Of a stretch of 64,000 nucleotides of DNA, positions 31,869 through 41,418 are shown piece by piece (the stretch's first letter is position 1; every line of letters begins with the position of its first letter). The position numbers and the translations under genes were made by a program. Origin of the DNA: Candidatus Poriferihabitaceae bacterium (GTDB lineage Bacteria > Pseudomonadota > Gammaproteobacteria > Arenicellales > Poriferihabitantaceae); assembly GCA_965249835.1 (NCBI GenBank), contig CBDFMY010000003.1:358286-422285 (forward strand). The letters run 5' to 3'. Under the pieces are notes generated by a model. It did no database searches. It was not told where the DNA came from and worked only from the letters and a program-made list of their open reading frames with translations.

Positions 31869-32612
31869 ATGACCAGTTTACAGGACAAAGTCGCGCTTAT
31901 CACCGGCGGTTCCCGACGAATCGGCGCCAGCACCGCGCGCGTGTTGCATCAATGTGGAATGAAGTTGGTGATTCACTATCGCCGCAGCGCCGACCAAGCG
32001 GAAGAGTTGCGCGCCGAGTTGTGCGACAAGCGACCCGACTCGGTGATGTTGATTCGTGGCGACCTTACCGAAATCGCCAAGGTGAAGAATCTGATACGCC
32101 AGTGCGTCGGCAAACTGGGTCGGCTGGATGCGCTGATTAACAACGCTTCGGTTTTTTTTCCAACGCCGATTCGCAAGGCGGTTGAAGATCAATGGCAACT
32201 GATTATGGAAACCAATCTCAAGGCGCCGTTTTTTCTGAGTCAAGCGGCGGCACCCTATCTCAAAAAAACCCACGGCGCGATTGTCAATATTACCGACATT
32301 TATGTCCACCGACCGCTTGCCGAACATGCCATTTATTGCGCATCCAAAGCCGGGTTGTGGTCGCTGACTCAATCACTGGCGCACGAACTCAGTCCGGAAG
32401 TTCGCGTCAATGCCATCGCGCCCGGTGCGATCATGTGGCCGGAGAACGACACCGATGAGATCTCCCACCAGCGGCTGGTATCGCGCACCCCTTTGCGCCG
32501 CGTCGGCGATGCCGACGACATCGCTCGTGCGGTCAAGTTTCTGCTGACCGACGCGGATTTCATCACCGGCCAGATGATCAACGTCGACGGCGGACGCACT
32601 GTGGTGCCTTGA
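31869..32612 (+). CDS. short-chain dehydrogenase/reductase, pteridine-reductase-like
   Basis: ALITGGSRRIG, NNAS and YCASKAGL are the SDR triad context. Confidence 0.75.
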   Translation: MTSLQDKVALITGGSRRIGASTARVLHQCGMKLVIHYRRSADQAEELRAELCDKRPDSVMLIRGDLTEIAKVKNLIRQCVGKLGRLDALINNASVFFPTPIRKAVEDQWQLIMETNLKAPFFLSQAAAPYLKKTHGAIVNITDIYVHRPLAEHAIYCASKAGLWSLTQSLAHELSPEVRVNAIAPGAIMWPENDTDEISHQRLVSRTPLRRVGDADDIARAVKFLLTDADFITGQMINVDGGRTVVP

Positions 32613-32639
32613 GCGCGTGACGAATTGTTCGGCACATAA

Positions 32640-33538
32640 TAAACATGCGGCGGGCGAAAAATTGCGCGCGGCATATTTTCCGTCAGGCAAGGCGCACGAG
32701 GAGCGAGGGAGTGAGCATACATTAGTATGTGATTAACCGAGCGACGATGTGCAACAAAGCATGGCGGAAAATAGGCAAGCGCAATGCGTCATTCTCGCCG
32801 CAGGCGGGCGTATATGTTCACTATTTCGCTGCCAGTTTTTCTCGGTTACTTTTGGCGTCTCAACGCGCCTTTGTCCTCTCGATTCACCATCACCTATCAT
32901 TCGTCATTCTCGCCGGTAGGCGGGAATCCAGACGCGGCGTAGCCGCGGGCGGCGGCGTTAGCCGCCGGCGTTTTGAGCCAGAACGACGAGACGAAAAGCA
33001 TGTTGTTCGGCTACGCCGAACGGTTTAATAATAGATTATCGCCTGCCGGCGAGAATGACGAGTTGGGGGACAATGGTAAATCGGGCGAGAATGAGTCCTT
33101 TTGAGAAGACAATGATAAACGAAAAAAACCCGGTTTGACCGGACTCATTAATTACGAACAAACATTGTGCGCCGCATATTTTGTGTTGGGCAAGGCGCAC
33201 GAGGAGCGAGGGAATGAGCATACATTAGTATGTGATTGACCGAGCGACGATGTGCAACAAAGCATGGCGGAAAATAGGCAAGCGAAAAATTGCGCGCCGC
33301 ATTTTCGTTGTCAGGCAAGGCGCACGAGGAGCGAGGGAGTGAGCATACATTAGTATGTGATTGACCGAGCGACGATGTGCAACAAAGCATGGCGGAAAAT
33401 AGGCAAGTGAAAAATTGCGCGCCGCATTTTTGTTGTCAGGCAAGGCGCACGAGGAGCGGTGGAGCGCGCTTACATTAAGTAAGTAAGCGACAACGCGACG
33501 CAGCGCAACACAGCATGGCGACGAAAAGGCAAGCGCAA
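32640..33538. repeat. mosaic intergenic repeat block including three tandem ~125-bp family-A units (about 33160-33538)
   Basis: Family-A cores start near 32684, 33191, 33316 and 33441. A dRS3-like hairpin attctcgccggtaggcgggaat lies at 32906-32927, with further modules at 32830-33150. Confidence 0.9.
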
Positions 33539-35035
33539 TTACAAAAACACGATGATACAAACCAACCCCACCCCACCCAGCACGATGGTATACGGCAACG
33601 CCATCCACACCATTGTGCCGTAGGACAAGCGGATGAGCGGCGCCAGTGCGGAAGTCAGCAGGAACAAGAACGCGGCTTGGCCGTTGGGCGTGGCAACGCT
33701 CGGCAGGTTGGTGCCGGTGTTGATGGCGATGGCGAGTTTGTCGAGGTGTTCGCGGGAGATGGCGCCGGCGTCGAATGCCTCTCTGACTTCGTTGATGTAA
33801 ATCGTGGCGACGAAAACATTGTCGCTGATCATCGACAAGATGCCGTTGGCGATGAAGAAAACCGCCGGCTGGGATTGCTCGGACATGGCAAGCGCGCCTT
33901 CAATGATCGGGCTGAACAAGTGCGCGTCGTGAATCATGGCGACGATTACGAAAAACACCACCAGCAATCCGGTGAAAGGCAATGCTTCTTCGAACGCCCG
34001 ACCAATTCGGTGTTCTTCAACGATGCCGGTGAGCGCGGTTTGTAGCACGATAATCGCCAAGCCAATCAAGCCCACCGGCGCGAGGTGAAATGCCAGCGCG
34101 ATGATCAGGAAAATGCCAGCCGCCGCCTGCACTTTGATGTCATATAGTTGGGCGGCGGTGCGCGTGTCGTCCTGTTCCGCAGAATACTGCTCAAGGATGA
34201 CGCGCACATCGGCTGGCAAAGTGGTGCCGAAACCAAACCATTTTAGTTTTTCCAGCGACCAGCAAGTCGCCAGCCCGCACACCAGCACCGGCAAAGTAAT
34301 CGGCGCCATCTTCCAAAAAAACTCCATGAACTCCCAGTCCATCTTTGCCGCAATCAGTAGGTTTTGCGGCTCGCCCACCAGCGTGCATACCCCACCCAAC
34401 GCGGTGCCGACCGCGCCGTGCATGACTAGGCTGCGCAAAAACTCTCGGAACTGGCCGAGCGGTTCTTTCAACTCTTCGCGGTCGAAAGTGCCGGAGTGGT
34501 CGTAATCGGTATCGGTGGATTCGATGCGGTGATAGACCCCGTAAAACCCCGCGGTCACACTGATTAGCACCGCGGTTACCGTCAACGCGTCAAGAAAAGC
34601 CGACAGGAACGCCGCCAAAAAACAAAACAATAAAGACAACACCGACTTGGAGCGAATCTTCACGAACGCCTTGCTGAAAATAAACATCAACAATGGCTTC
34701 ATAAAATAAATGCCGGCTACCATGAACACCAGCAACAAAATCACTTCCAGATTGGATTGGACTTCGTGATAGACCGCGCCCGGGCTGGTCATGCCCATGA
34801 GCACGACTTCCAGCGCGATGATGCCGCCCGATTGCAACGGATAGCATTTCAACGCCATCGCCAGAGCGAAGACGAACTCGCCGATGATTATCCAGCCGGT
34901 GATGAACGGACCGGCGACCAACAGCAACACCGGATTGAGCAGCAAAAAGGCGAGGATGATTTTCTTATACCAGCCCGGGCTGGGACCGAGAAAGCGATGA
35001 TAGGGAATCGGCCGCGGCACCGATGGCGTGTCCAT
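33539..35035 (-). CDS. nhaB: Na+/H+ antiporter NhaB
   Basis: 498 aa. The N-terminus [21 protein letters not shown] and the overall polytopic layout match NhaB. Confidence 0.88.
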   Translation of the reverse strand: MDTPSVPRPIPYHRFLGPSPGWYKKIILAFLLLNPVLLLVAGPFITGWIIIGEFVFALAMALKCYPLQSGGIIALEVVLMGMTSPGAVYHEVQSNLEVILLLVFMVAGIYFMKPLLMFIFSKAFVKIRSKSVLSLLFCFLAAFLSAFLDALTVTAVLISVTAGFYGVYHRIESTDTDYDHSGTFDREELKEPLGQFREFLRSLVMHGAVGTALGGVCTLVGEPQNLLIAAKMDWEFMEFFWKMAPITLPVLVCGLATCWSLEKLKWFGFGTTLPADVRVILEQYSAEQDDTRTAAQLYDIKVQAAAGIFLIIALAFHLAPVGLIGLAIIVLQTALTGIVEEHRIGRAFEEALPFTGLLVVFFVIVAMIHDAHLFSPIIEGALAMSEQSQPAVFFIANGILSMISDNVFVATIYINEVREAFDAGAISREHLDKLAIAINTGTNLPSVATPNGQAAFLFLLTSALAPLIRLSYGTMVWMALPYTIVLGGVGLVCIIVFL

Positions 35036-35041
35036 TTTGGT

Positions 35042-36259
35042 TTATGCTCGGATGATGTTGTGCGCCGCGCCGTAGGGAAACCCTGTGATGTTGCGGCTGC
35101 CATCTTCGGTCACCACCAGCACATCATGCTCGCGATACCCGCCGGCACCGGCCGTGCCTTCGGGAATGAGAATCATCGGCTCCATGGACAACACCATATT
35201 CGGCTCCAGCACCGTTTCAACATCCTCGCGCAATTCCAGCCCGGCTTCGCGTCCATAGTAATGACACACCACGCCGAACGAATGACCATAGCCGAAGGTT
35301 CGATAGCGTAGCAAATCGTGTTGCTCATAAATTTTATTGAGTTGGTGCGCGATGTCGCAACAACGTGCGCCGGGTTTAATCAACGCCTTGCCAGCGTCGT
35401 GCACCTGGCAGTTGATTGCCCACAGTCGCAAGTTTTCATCGGTGGCGGATTCGCAAAACAAGGTTCGCTCCAACGCCGTGTAATAACCCGACACCATGGG
35501 AAAGCAATTCAAAAGGAGAATATCGCCGCTCTCCAGACGGCGCGAAGTCACCGGATTATGCGCGCCGTCGGTGTTGATGCCCGATTGCAGCCAGGTCCAG
35601 GTGTCCCGCAGTTCGGCGTGGGGCCAGGTGGTGGCGATTTCGCGCACCATGGTTTGGGTTGAATGTAGCGCGATCTCGTGTTCGCCAACGCCCGGCGCAA
35701 TCGCTTCGACGCAGGCCGCGCCACCGAGGTCGGCGATGGCCGACATTTTGGTCAAGAGTTCCACTTCCGCATCCGACTTGACCATGCGTAAAGTCATTGC
35801 CGCCGGCGCGATGTCTTTGAATTGACTGTTCGGCAACGCCGCTTTGAGTTTGTTCAGGTTCTGCGCGTTGATGTGATCGAATTCAACGCCCACCACTTGC
35901 CGGTCCTTGATCAGTTTTTGCACCGCACGAAAGTAATTGTCGTGCTGCCAGTCGGTATAGACCAGATTGTCGCCGTGCACACGCCGCCACGGCTGCCCGC
36001 CGTCCACGCGCGCCGAAATCGTGGTCTGCGAATTGCCGTCCACCACCAGACCGTAGAGGCGCCCGAACGAGCAATACATAAAGTCGGCGTAGTAATTGAT
36101 GCTGTGATAAGAAGTGAACAACGTGACATCAATGCCTTGCCGCTCCATCAACTGACGCAATTTTGTCAGTCGGCTCTCCATCTCATCGGCGGAAAAAGTC
36201 GGTGGCGGCTTTTCGCCGTTGGGAAAATCGAGCAGGTCGGGCAATGTGGTCGTGGTCAT
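35042..36259 (-). CDS. creatinase (creatine amidinohydrolase; M24 fold)
   Basis: Long colinear identity to remembered Pseudomonas creatinase (YHSINYYADFMYCSFGR, DGGQPWRR, WTWLQSGINTDGAHNPVT, FGYGHSFG, AGGYREHD). Confidence 0.8.
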   Translation of the reverse strand: MTTTTLPDLLDFPNGEKPPPTFSADEMESRLTKLRQLMERQGIDVTLFTSYHSINYYADFMYCSFGRLYGLVVDGNSQTTISARVDGGQPWRRVHGDNLVYTDWQHDNYFRAVQKLIKDRQVVGVEFDHINAQNLNKLKAALPNSQFKDIAPAAMTLRMVKSDAEVELLTKMSAIADLGGAACVEAIAPGVGEHEIALHSTQTMVREIATTWPHAELRDTWTWLQSGINTDGAHNPVTSRRLESGDILLLNCFPMVSGYYTALERTLFCESATDENLRLWAINCQVHDAGKALIKPGARCCDIAHQLNKIYEQHDLLRYRTFGYGHSFGVVCHYYGREAGLELREDVETVLEPNMVLSMEPMILIPEGTAGAGGYREHDVLVVTEDGSRNITGFPYGAAHNIIRA

Positions 36260-36414
36260 AATTGTGCTGGTTGGTGGTTATGGATGGTTGTGAATGACGA
36301 TGAAAGGTATCTTAGGTTGTTATATCCCGAATCACGCTCGGATACAATTAGCCCGGCGGCTTGCTGGTATTATACCGACACACTCCGGCAACCGTGACCA
36401 CCGAAACCACAATC

Positions 36415-37464
36415 ATGATCGATCTTCGCAGCGACACCGTCACTGCTCCCTGCGACCACATGCGCCAGGCGATGGCAACCGCCGAAGTGGGCGATGATGT
36501 CTACGACGAAGACCCGACGGTCAAACGACTCGAGCAAAAACTGGCGGCGATGGTGAGCCACGAAGCCGGGCTGTTTTTCCCGTCCGGAACCCAGAGCAAC
36601 CTGGTCGCATTGCTCAGCCACTGCCAACGCGGCGATGAATATATAGTCGCGCAAAACGCGCACACCTATCGCTTTGAAGCCGGCGGCGGCGCGGTGCTCG
36701 GCAGCATCCAACCGCAACCGCTGGAGGGCGAGCGCGACGGCACCCTTGACCTCAATAAAGTCGCGGCGACCATCAAGGCGGATGATTTTCATTTTGCAAA
36801 AACGCGATTGTTGGTGTTGGAGAACACCACTGGCGGCAGGGCGCTTGAGTTGGAATACCTGCGACGCGCCGCTGCTTTGGCGCGGCAAAACCACCTCGCC
36901 TTCCACCTGGACGGTGCGCGAGTATTTAATGCCGCCATCGCGCTCGGCGTGGAGGTGGCGGAGATTACCAATCACTTCGATTCGGTCTCCATTTGTTTGT
37001 CCAAAGGACTCGGCGCGCCGGTCGGCTCGGTGTTGTGTGCCAGCGCAGAGTTCATCCACCGTGCGCGAAGATGGCGCAAAATGGTGGGCGGCGGAATGCG
37101 CCAAGTGGGCATGCTCGCCGCCGCCGGAATATACGCGCTTGAGCACAACATCACGCGCCTGCAACAAGACCACGACCGGGCGCAACAACTTGCCGATGAG
37201 TTGATGCGCATCAACGCGCTGGCAGTGTCCGGCGACAAGGCACACACCAACATGGTGTTTATCTCGCTACGCAACGGCCATGGCAACGGCGACGACAACG
37301 ACTCGGGAAATACTTTTGACGCGTTGCGCCCATTTGCCAAAAGCCGCGGGTTATTGCTCGGCGAGCGCGCCGGCGCCGACACGCTTCGATTGGTAACGCA
37401 TAAACACATCAGCGAGCAGGACATCACCTCAGCAGCGCAGATTATCGCTGAGTTTTTTTGCTGA
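36415..37464 (+). CDS. ltaE: low-specificity L-threonine aldolase
   Basis: ATG at 36415 gives MIDLRSDTVTAP...VGDDVYDEDPT. The PLP-lysine context SICLSKGLGAPVG is present. Confidence 0.88.
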   Translation: MIDLRSDTVTAPCDHMRQAMATAEVGDDVYDEDPTVKRLEQKLAAMVSHEAGLFFPSGTQSNLVALLSHCQRGDEYIVAQNAHTYRFEAGGGAVLGSIQPQPLEGERDGTLDLNKVAATIKADDFHFAKTRLLVLENTTGGRALELEYLRRAAALARQNHLAFHLDGARVFNAAIALGVEVAEITNHFDSVSICLSKGLGAPVGSVLCASAEFIHRARRWRKMVGGGMRQVGMLAAAGIYALEHNITRLQQDHDRAQQLADELMRINALAVSGDKAHTNMVFISLRNGHGNGDDNDSGNTFDALRPFAKSRGLLLGERAGADTLRLVTHKHISEQDITSAAQIIAEFFC

Positions 37465-37489
37465 CATAAATGTGGCAAGCCGCGACATT

Positions 37490-38512
37490 TTAATACGCCA
37501 CCGGCAAAATCCTTCCGGTAACGCGTCCCAGAGAGTTGACGATAGTCGGTTGAAAGTGCGGTTGTAGTTTTTTCTCGGTGGCGGCATCCAGCGCATCCAG
37601 TTTTTTCAACAATGCACCGAGTGCGACTTCGGCGGCGCGGCTGGCACCGTCGTCGATTTTCAGCGCGAAGCCAACACCGAGATGCGCAATGATGCCGCCG
37701 TATACGCCTTCGGCACCGGTTTTGATCAACACGCGGCCGGCGGATTCCCGTATCACATCGGTGCAACACCGCCCGGTGCCGGCGAGCATGTGCGGGTGGG
37801 CGCGCAACGCATCAAGGATTTGCGTCATTGCTGCCGCTCGTGGTTTGGAATGTTTCACGCCGATTTTGTCGGTGTCGGCATAGCAAGCGAAAGCCCGCGC
37901 CACAAGACTAAGCGGCATGCAAATCGCCGGTAGCCCGCAACCGTCTCGTTCCCACGGCAACGCAAACACATCCAGCTCAATCAACTCGGATAAAGTTTGC
38001 ATCCACGCCCGCTGGGTCGGGTGATGATACGCGCTGTAACCGTGCGTGTCGGCGTTGATAAACTTCGCCAAAGTCAACATTCCCGCGTGCTTGCCGGAGC
38101 AGTTGTGATGCACGCGGGTCGGCTGCTCGCCGCCGGCGATGAGTTCGTGGGCGGTGCGCTGCAGTAATGGTAATTGCGCACCACATTCGAGATCGTCGGC
38201 GTTCAAGTCAAGGCGATGCAGCCAGCGTAGCACCGCATCGGTGTGGAATTGCTCGGCGTTGTGGGAAGCGCAAGCCAACGCAATTTCCGCCGCATCCAAA
38301 CCAAACCGCTTCGCGGCACCGCTTTCCACCAGCGGAATCGCCTGGAAAATTTTCAACGCCGACCTCGGATACACCGACTGCGAAACATTGCCCACGGATA
38401 ACACCGTCCGCCGGTTGGTATCCACCACCGCCACGCTGCCGCGGTGGCTCGATTCCACCTGCTCGCCGCGATGCACCTCGACCAGCACCGGGTTGTTATT
38501 TGTTTTCGTCAT
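37490..38512 (-). CDS. asparaginase-II family protein (PF06089-like)
   Basis: VLVEVHRGEQVESSHRGSVAVVD, CSGKHAGML and GAEGV. Start taken at ATG 38512. Confidence 0.75.
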   Translation of the reverse strand: MTKTNNNPVLVEVHRGEQVESSHRGSVAVVDTNRRTVLSVGNVSQSVYPRSALKIFQAIPLVESGAAKRFGLDAAEIALACASHNAEQFHTDAVLRWLHRLDLNADDLECGAQLPLLQRTAHELIAGGEQPTRVHHNCSGKHAGMLTLAKFINADTHGYSAYHHPTQRAWMQTLSELIELDVFALPWERDGCGLPAICMPLSLVARAFACYADTDKIGVKHSKPRAAAMTQILDALRAHPHMLAGTGRCCTDVIRESAGRVLIKTGAEGVYGGIIAHLGVGFALKIDDGASRAAEVALGALLKKLDALDAATEKKLQPHFQPTIVNSLGRVTGRILPVAY

Positions 38513-38589
38513 CGTGTTTGCGCTTGTCTTTTCATCGCCATGGTTTATTACGCCGTATAGTGTTGCGCGCAATGTTTGTCTGGATTATA

Positions 38590-39010
38590 AGGAGTTATCT
38601 ACGCCGCGTCTGGTCCCCGCCTGCCGCGAGGATGACGGTCTGGAGATGTGGTTTGGATTATGACGGTATTAGTTACTCTCATCGTTTTTTAGTTCTGGGT
38701 TCTCGCCTTTGGCGAGAACAACAGACTGGATTCCCGCCTGCCGGCGAGAATGACGAATGAAAGGGCAATAGTGAATTGAAAAGACAAAGGCGCGTTGAGA
38801 AGCCAAAAGTAACCGAGAAAAACTGCCAGCGAAATAGTGAACGTATACACCGCCTGCGGCATGAGGGTTCATCGGCCAACGATGCCCTATTTTGGCGACG
38901 CGGTAAAACCCTCTTATTTGGTAGCCAATATGCTGGATTTGCATGGCATCTCCTCTTGGGTTGAGGAGTGCCATATGTATCTGAGCTTATGCAGTATGTG
39001 GTGGCACATA
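38590..39010. repeat. mosaic intergenic repeat block plus a solo ~75-bp IS-end-like repeat
   Basis: attcccgcctgccggcgagaat (38730-38751), gaaaagacaaaggcgcgttgagaagccaaaag, and 38925-39000, which is ~95% identical to the reverse complement of 59680-59755. Confidence 0.85.
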
Positions 39011-39078
39011 CAAATATAAGTAGAGGAGTATAAAACAAGGTAGACTCGCGCATTGATTTTTCGCCGCAGATAGCACCC

Positions 39079-40800
39079 ATGCATACTTCCCAACGTCTTC
39101 TTGGCACGCTCAAGGAAATCCCCGCCGACGCCGAAATTGTCAGCCACCAACTCATGTTGCGCGCCGGTCTGATTCGCCGCGTCGCCGCGGGAATCTACAA
39201 CTGGCTACCCACCGGAATCAATGTGCTACGCAAGGTCGAGCGCATCATCCGCGAAGAGATGAACCGCTCCGGCGCGCAGGAGATGCTGATGCCGGCGGTG
39301 CAACCCGCCGAGTTGTGGCAGGCCTCCGGACGGTGGGAGGAATACGGTCCCGAACTGTTGCGTTTTGACGACCGCCATCAGCGGGATTTCTGCTTTGGCC
39401 CGACCCACGAGGAAGTGATTACCACGCTGGTGAAAAACGAGATTCGAAGTTACCGCCAGTTGCCCGCCAATTTCTATCAGATTCAAACCAAGTTTCGCGA
39501 CGAGATCAGGCCGCGCTTCGGCGTTATGCGCGGGCGGGAGTTCATTATGAAGGACGCGTATTCGTTCGATGTAGATCGCGCATCGTTGCGCAAGTCATAT
39601 GACTTGATGCATCAAACCTATTGCACCATCTTCGACCGCATGGGGCTGGGTTATCGAGCGGTGGTGGCCGATTCCGGCAGCATTGGCGGCGACACCTCCC
39701 ACGAGTTTCATGTGCTTGCCGATTCCGGCGAAGATGCTATCGCGTTTTCCACCACCGGCGATTATGCCACCAATCTGGAAATGGCCGAAGCGCTGGCACC
39801 GAGCCAGCCGCGACCGGCTGCGGCCGAAGAAATGCGCCTGGTGGACACCCCCGACACCAAAACCATTCAGGCGTTGGTAGACCACTTTAACCTGCCGGTT
39901 GAAAAAACCATCAAGACGCTGGTGGTGGATGCATCAAAGGAATCGGGGCATCAATTGATCGCTTTGTTGGTGCGCGGCGACCACGAATTGAATGCAATCA
40001 AGGCGGCGCGATTGCCCGAGGTGGCGAGCCCGTTGCGCATGGCTGAGCAAGCCGAAATCCGCGATGCCATCGGTGCCGGAGCCGGCTCTTTGGGCCCGGT
40101 CAACCTGCCCATTGCGTTTGTCGCCGACCACAGCGTTGCGGCGATGGCCGACTTCGGTGCCGGTGCCAACATCGAAGACAAACATTATTTCGGCATCAAC
40201 TGGGAACGCGATCTGCCGGCGCCGGCAGTTGCCGACCTGCGCAACATCGTTGAAGGCGACCCCAGCCCCGACGGCAAGGGCACGCTGACCATCGCCCGCG
40301 GCATTGAGGTCGGACACATTTTTCAACTCGGCACCAAATACAGCAAGGCGTTGGGTGCCACCGTGCTGGACGAAGACGGGCGGGCGGTGGCGGTGGAAAT
40401 GGGCTGCTACGGCATCGGCGTGACCCGAGTGATCGCCGCCGCCATCGAACAGCATCACGATGAAAAAGGCATCATCTGGCCCGACGCCATCGCGCCCTAC
40501 GACATTGCCATCGTGCCGATCGGATTTGCGCGCACGGAAAAAGTAAAAAAATCCGCGCTGGATTTACACGAGCAATTGCAACGCGCCGGCTTCGATGTGT
40601 TGCTTGATGATCGCGATGAACGACCCGGCGTGATGTTCGCCGACATGGAACTCATCGGCATCCCTCATCGTCTGGTGGTGGCCGAGCGCGGTCTGGCAAA
40701 AGGCATCGTCGAATATCGTCATCGCGCCACCGGCACCGAGCGGGAAATCGAAATCGATTCGCTGTTGCAGACGCTGCTGGAACTGAAAAACACCCGATAA
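39079..40800 (+). CDS. proS: proline--tRNA ligase
   Basis: 573 aa. [33 protein letters not shown], and the bacterial-type INS editing-domain length. Confidence 0.93.
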   Translation: MHTSQRLLGTLKEIPADAEIVSHQLMLRAGLIRRVAAGIYNWLPTGINVLRKVERIIREEMNRSGAQEMLMPAVQPAELWQASGRWEEYGPELLRFDDRHQRDFCFGPTHEEVITTLVKNEIRSYRQLPANFYQIQTKFRDEIRPRFGVMRGREFIMKDAYSFDVDRASLRKSYDLMHQTYCTIFDRMGLGYRAVVADSGSIGGDTSHEFHVLADSGEDAIAFSTTGDYATNLEMAEALAPSQPRPAAAEEMRLVDTPDTKTIQALVDHFNLPVEKTIKTLVVDASKESGHQLIALLVRGDHELNAIKAARLPEVASPLRMAEQAEIRDAIGAGAGSLGPVNLPIAFVADHSVAAMADFGAGANIEDKHYFGINWERDLPAPAVADLRNIVEGDPSPDGKGTLTIARGIEVGHIFQLGTKYSKALGATVLDEDGRAVAVEMGCYGIGVTRVIAAAIEQHHDEKGIIWPDAIAPYDIAIVPIGFARTEKVKKSALDLHEQLQRAGFDVLLDDRDERPGVMFADMELIGIPHRLVVAERGLAKGIVEYRHRATGTEREIEIDSLLQTLLELKNTR

Positions 40801-40846
40801 TTGCCGTAAATACTCGCGCAACCACGCAAAAATCATTGCGAAATAA

Positions 40847-40875
40847 TTGACATTTGACTGTCATTTTTGTATTTA
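40847..40875 (+). promoter_or_regulatory. sigma70-like promoter upstream of the csp gene
   Basis: TTGACA (40847-40852), a 17-nt spacer, then TATTTA (40870-40875). Confidence 0.5.
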
Positions 40876-40994
40876 CAAGGCGCTAACAGTGATACACTCG
40901 CGCCGATGCCAGCCGGTGCGGGGGTATTAAACACGCAGCACAGCCTCGTAGTGAGGCTGACTTTTTTTTGTAAATTTTGAAACACGAGGTAAGT

Positions 40995-41207
40995 ATGTCA
41001 GGCGAACAAGTAACCGGAACCGTAAAGTGGTTTAACGACACCAAAGGTTTTGGTTTCATTGAAAGAGAAGGGGGGGCCGACGTTTTTGTGCATTACCGCG
41101 CAATCAACGGAGAAGGCCGAAGAACACTCCACGATGGTCAACAGGTTACATTTCAAGTTGTAGATGGCGCCAAAGGACCACAAGCAGAGAACGTAACTCC
41201 CGTCTAA
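40995..41207 (+). CDS. cspA: cold-shock protein (CspA family)
   Basis: [15 protein letters not shown] (RNP1) and VFVHY (RNP2). ATG at 40995 follows GAGG. Confidence 0.9.
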   Translation: MSGEQVTGTVKWFNDTKGFGFIEREGGADVFVHYRAINGEGRRTLHDGQQVTFQVVDGAKGPQAENVTPV

Positions 41208-41329
41208 GTTTTCGACAGACATCATCCCACGGAACGGGATGATCACTTCATGCGGCGCAACCAAGGACAGCGCGGGTGCCATTTCAATTTTGCGTAAAAC
41301 GCGGAGCGGATTCGTGCGTCCGGGAATGC

Positions 41330-41418
41330 GTGCGCGAGAATGACGGCAGGGAGAGCGATTTTTCGCAAGCGAAGCGAGCCCGAAGGGCGCGTATCAGGGA
41401 TGATACGCGCAAATCCAG
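41330..41418. repeat. mosaic repeat fragment containing the 24-nt hairpin module
   Basis: gcgagaatgacgg...cgatttttcgcaagcgaagcgagcccgaagggcgcgtatcagggatgatacgcgcaaatccag, close to 11395-11465. Confidence 0.85.

Noticed and set aside
33160-33538. The three 125-bp tandem units considered as a CRISPR-like or satellite coding array. The ORF track shows repeated peptides such as ...SLPRSSCALPDNKNAARN....
   Set aside because: The units are contiguous with no spacers. The apparent peptides arise simply from translating a repeated sequence in several frames, and they lack start or RBS context.
41220-41244. Hairpin catcatccc-acggaac-gggatgat downstream of the csp gene, considered as a terminator.
   Set aside because: It has no following U-tract and only a modest stem. 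It was left unannotated as a terminator, though it may still act as a processing or stability element.
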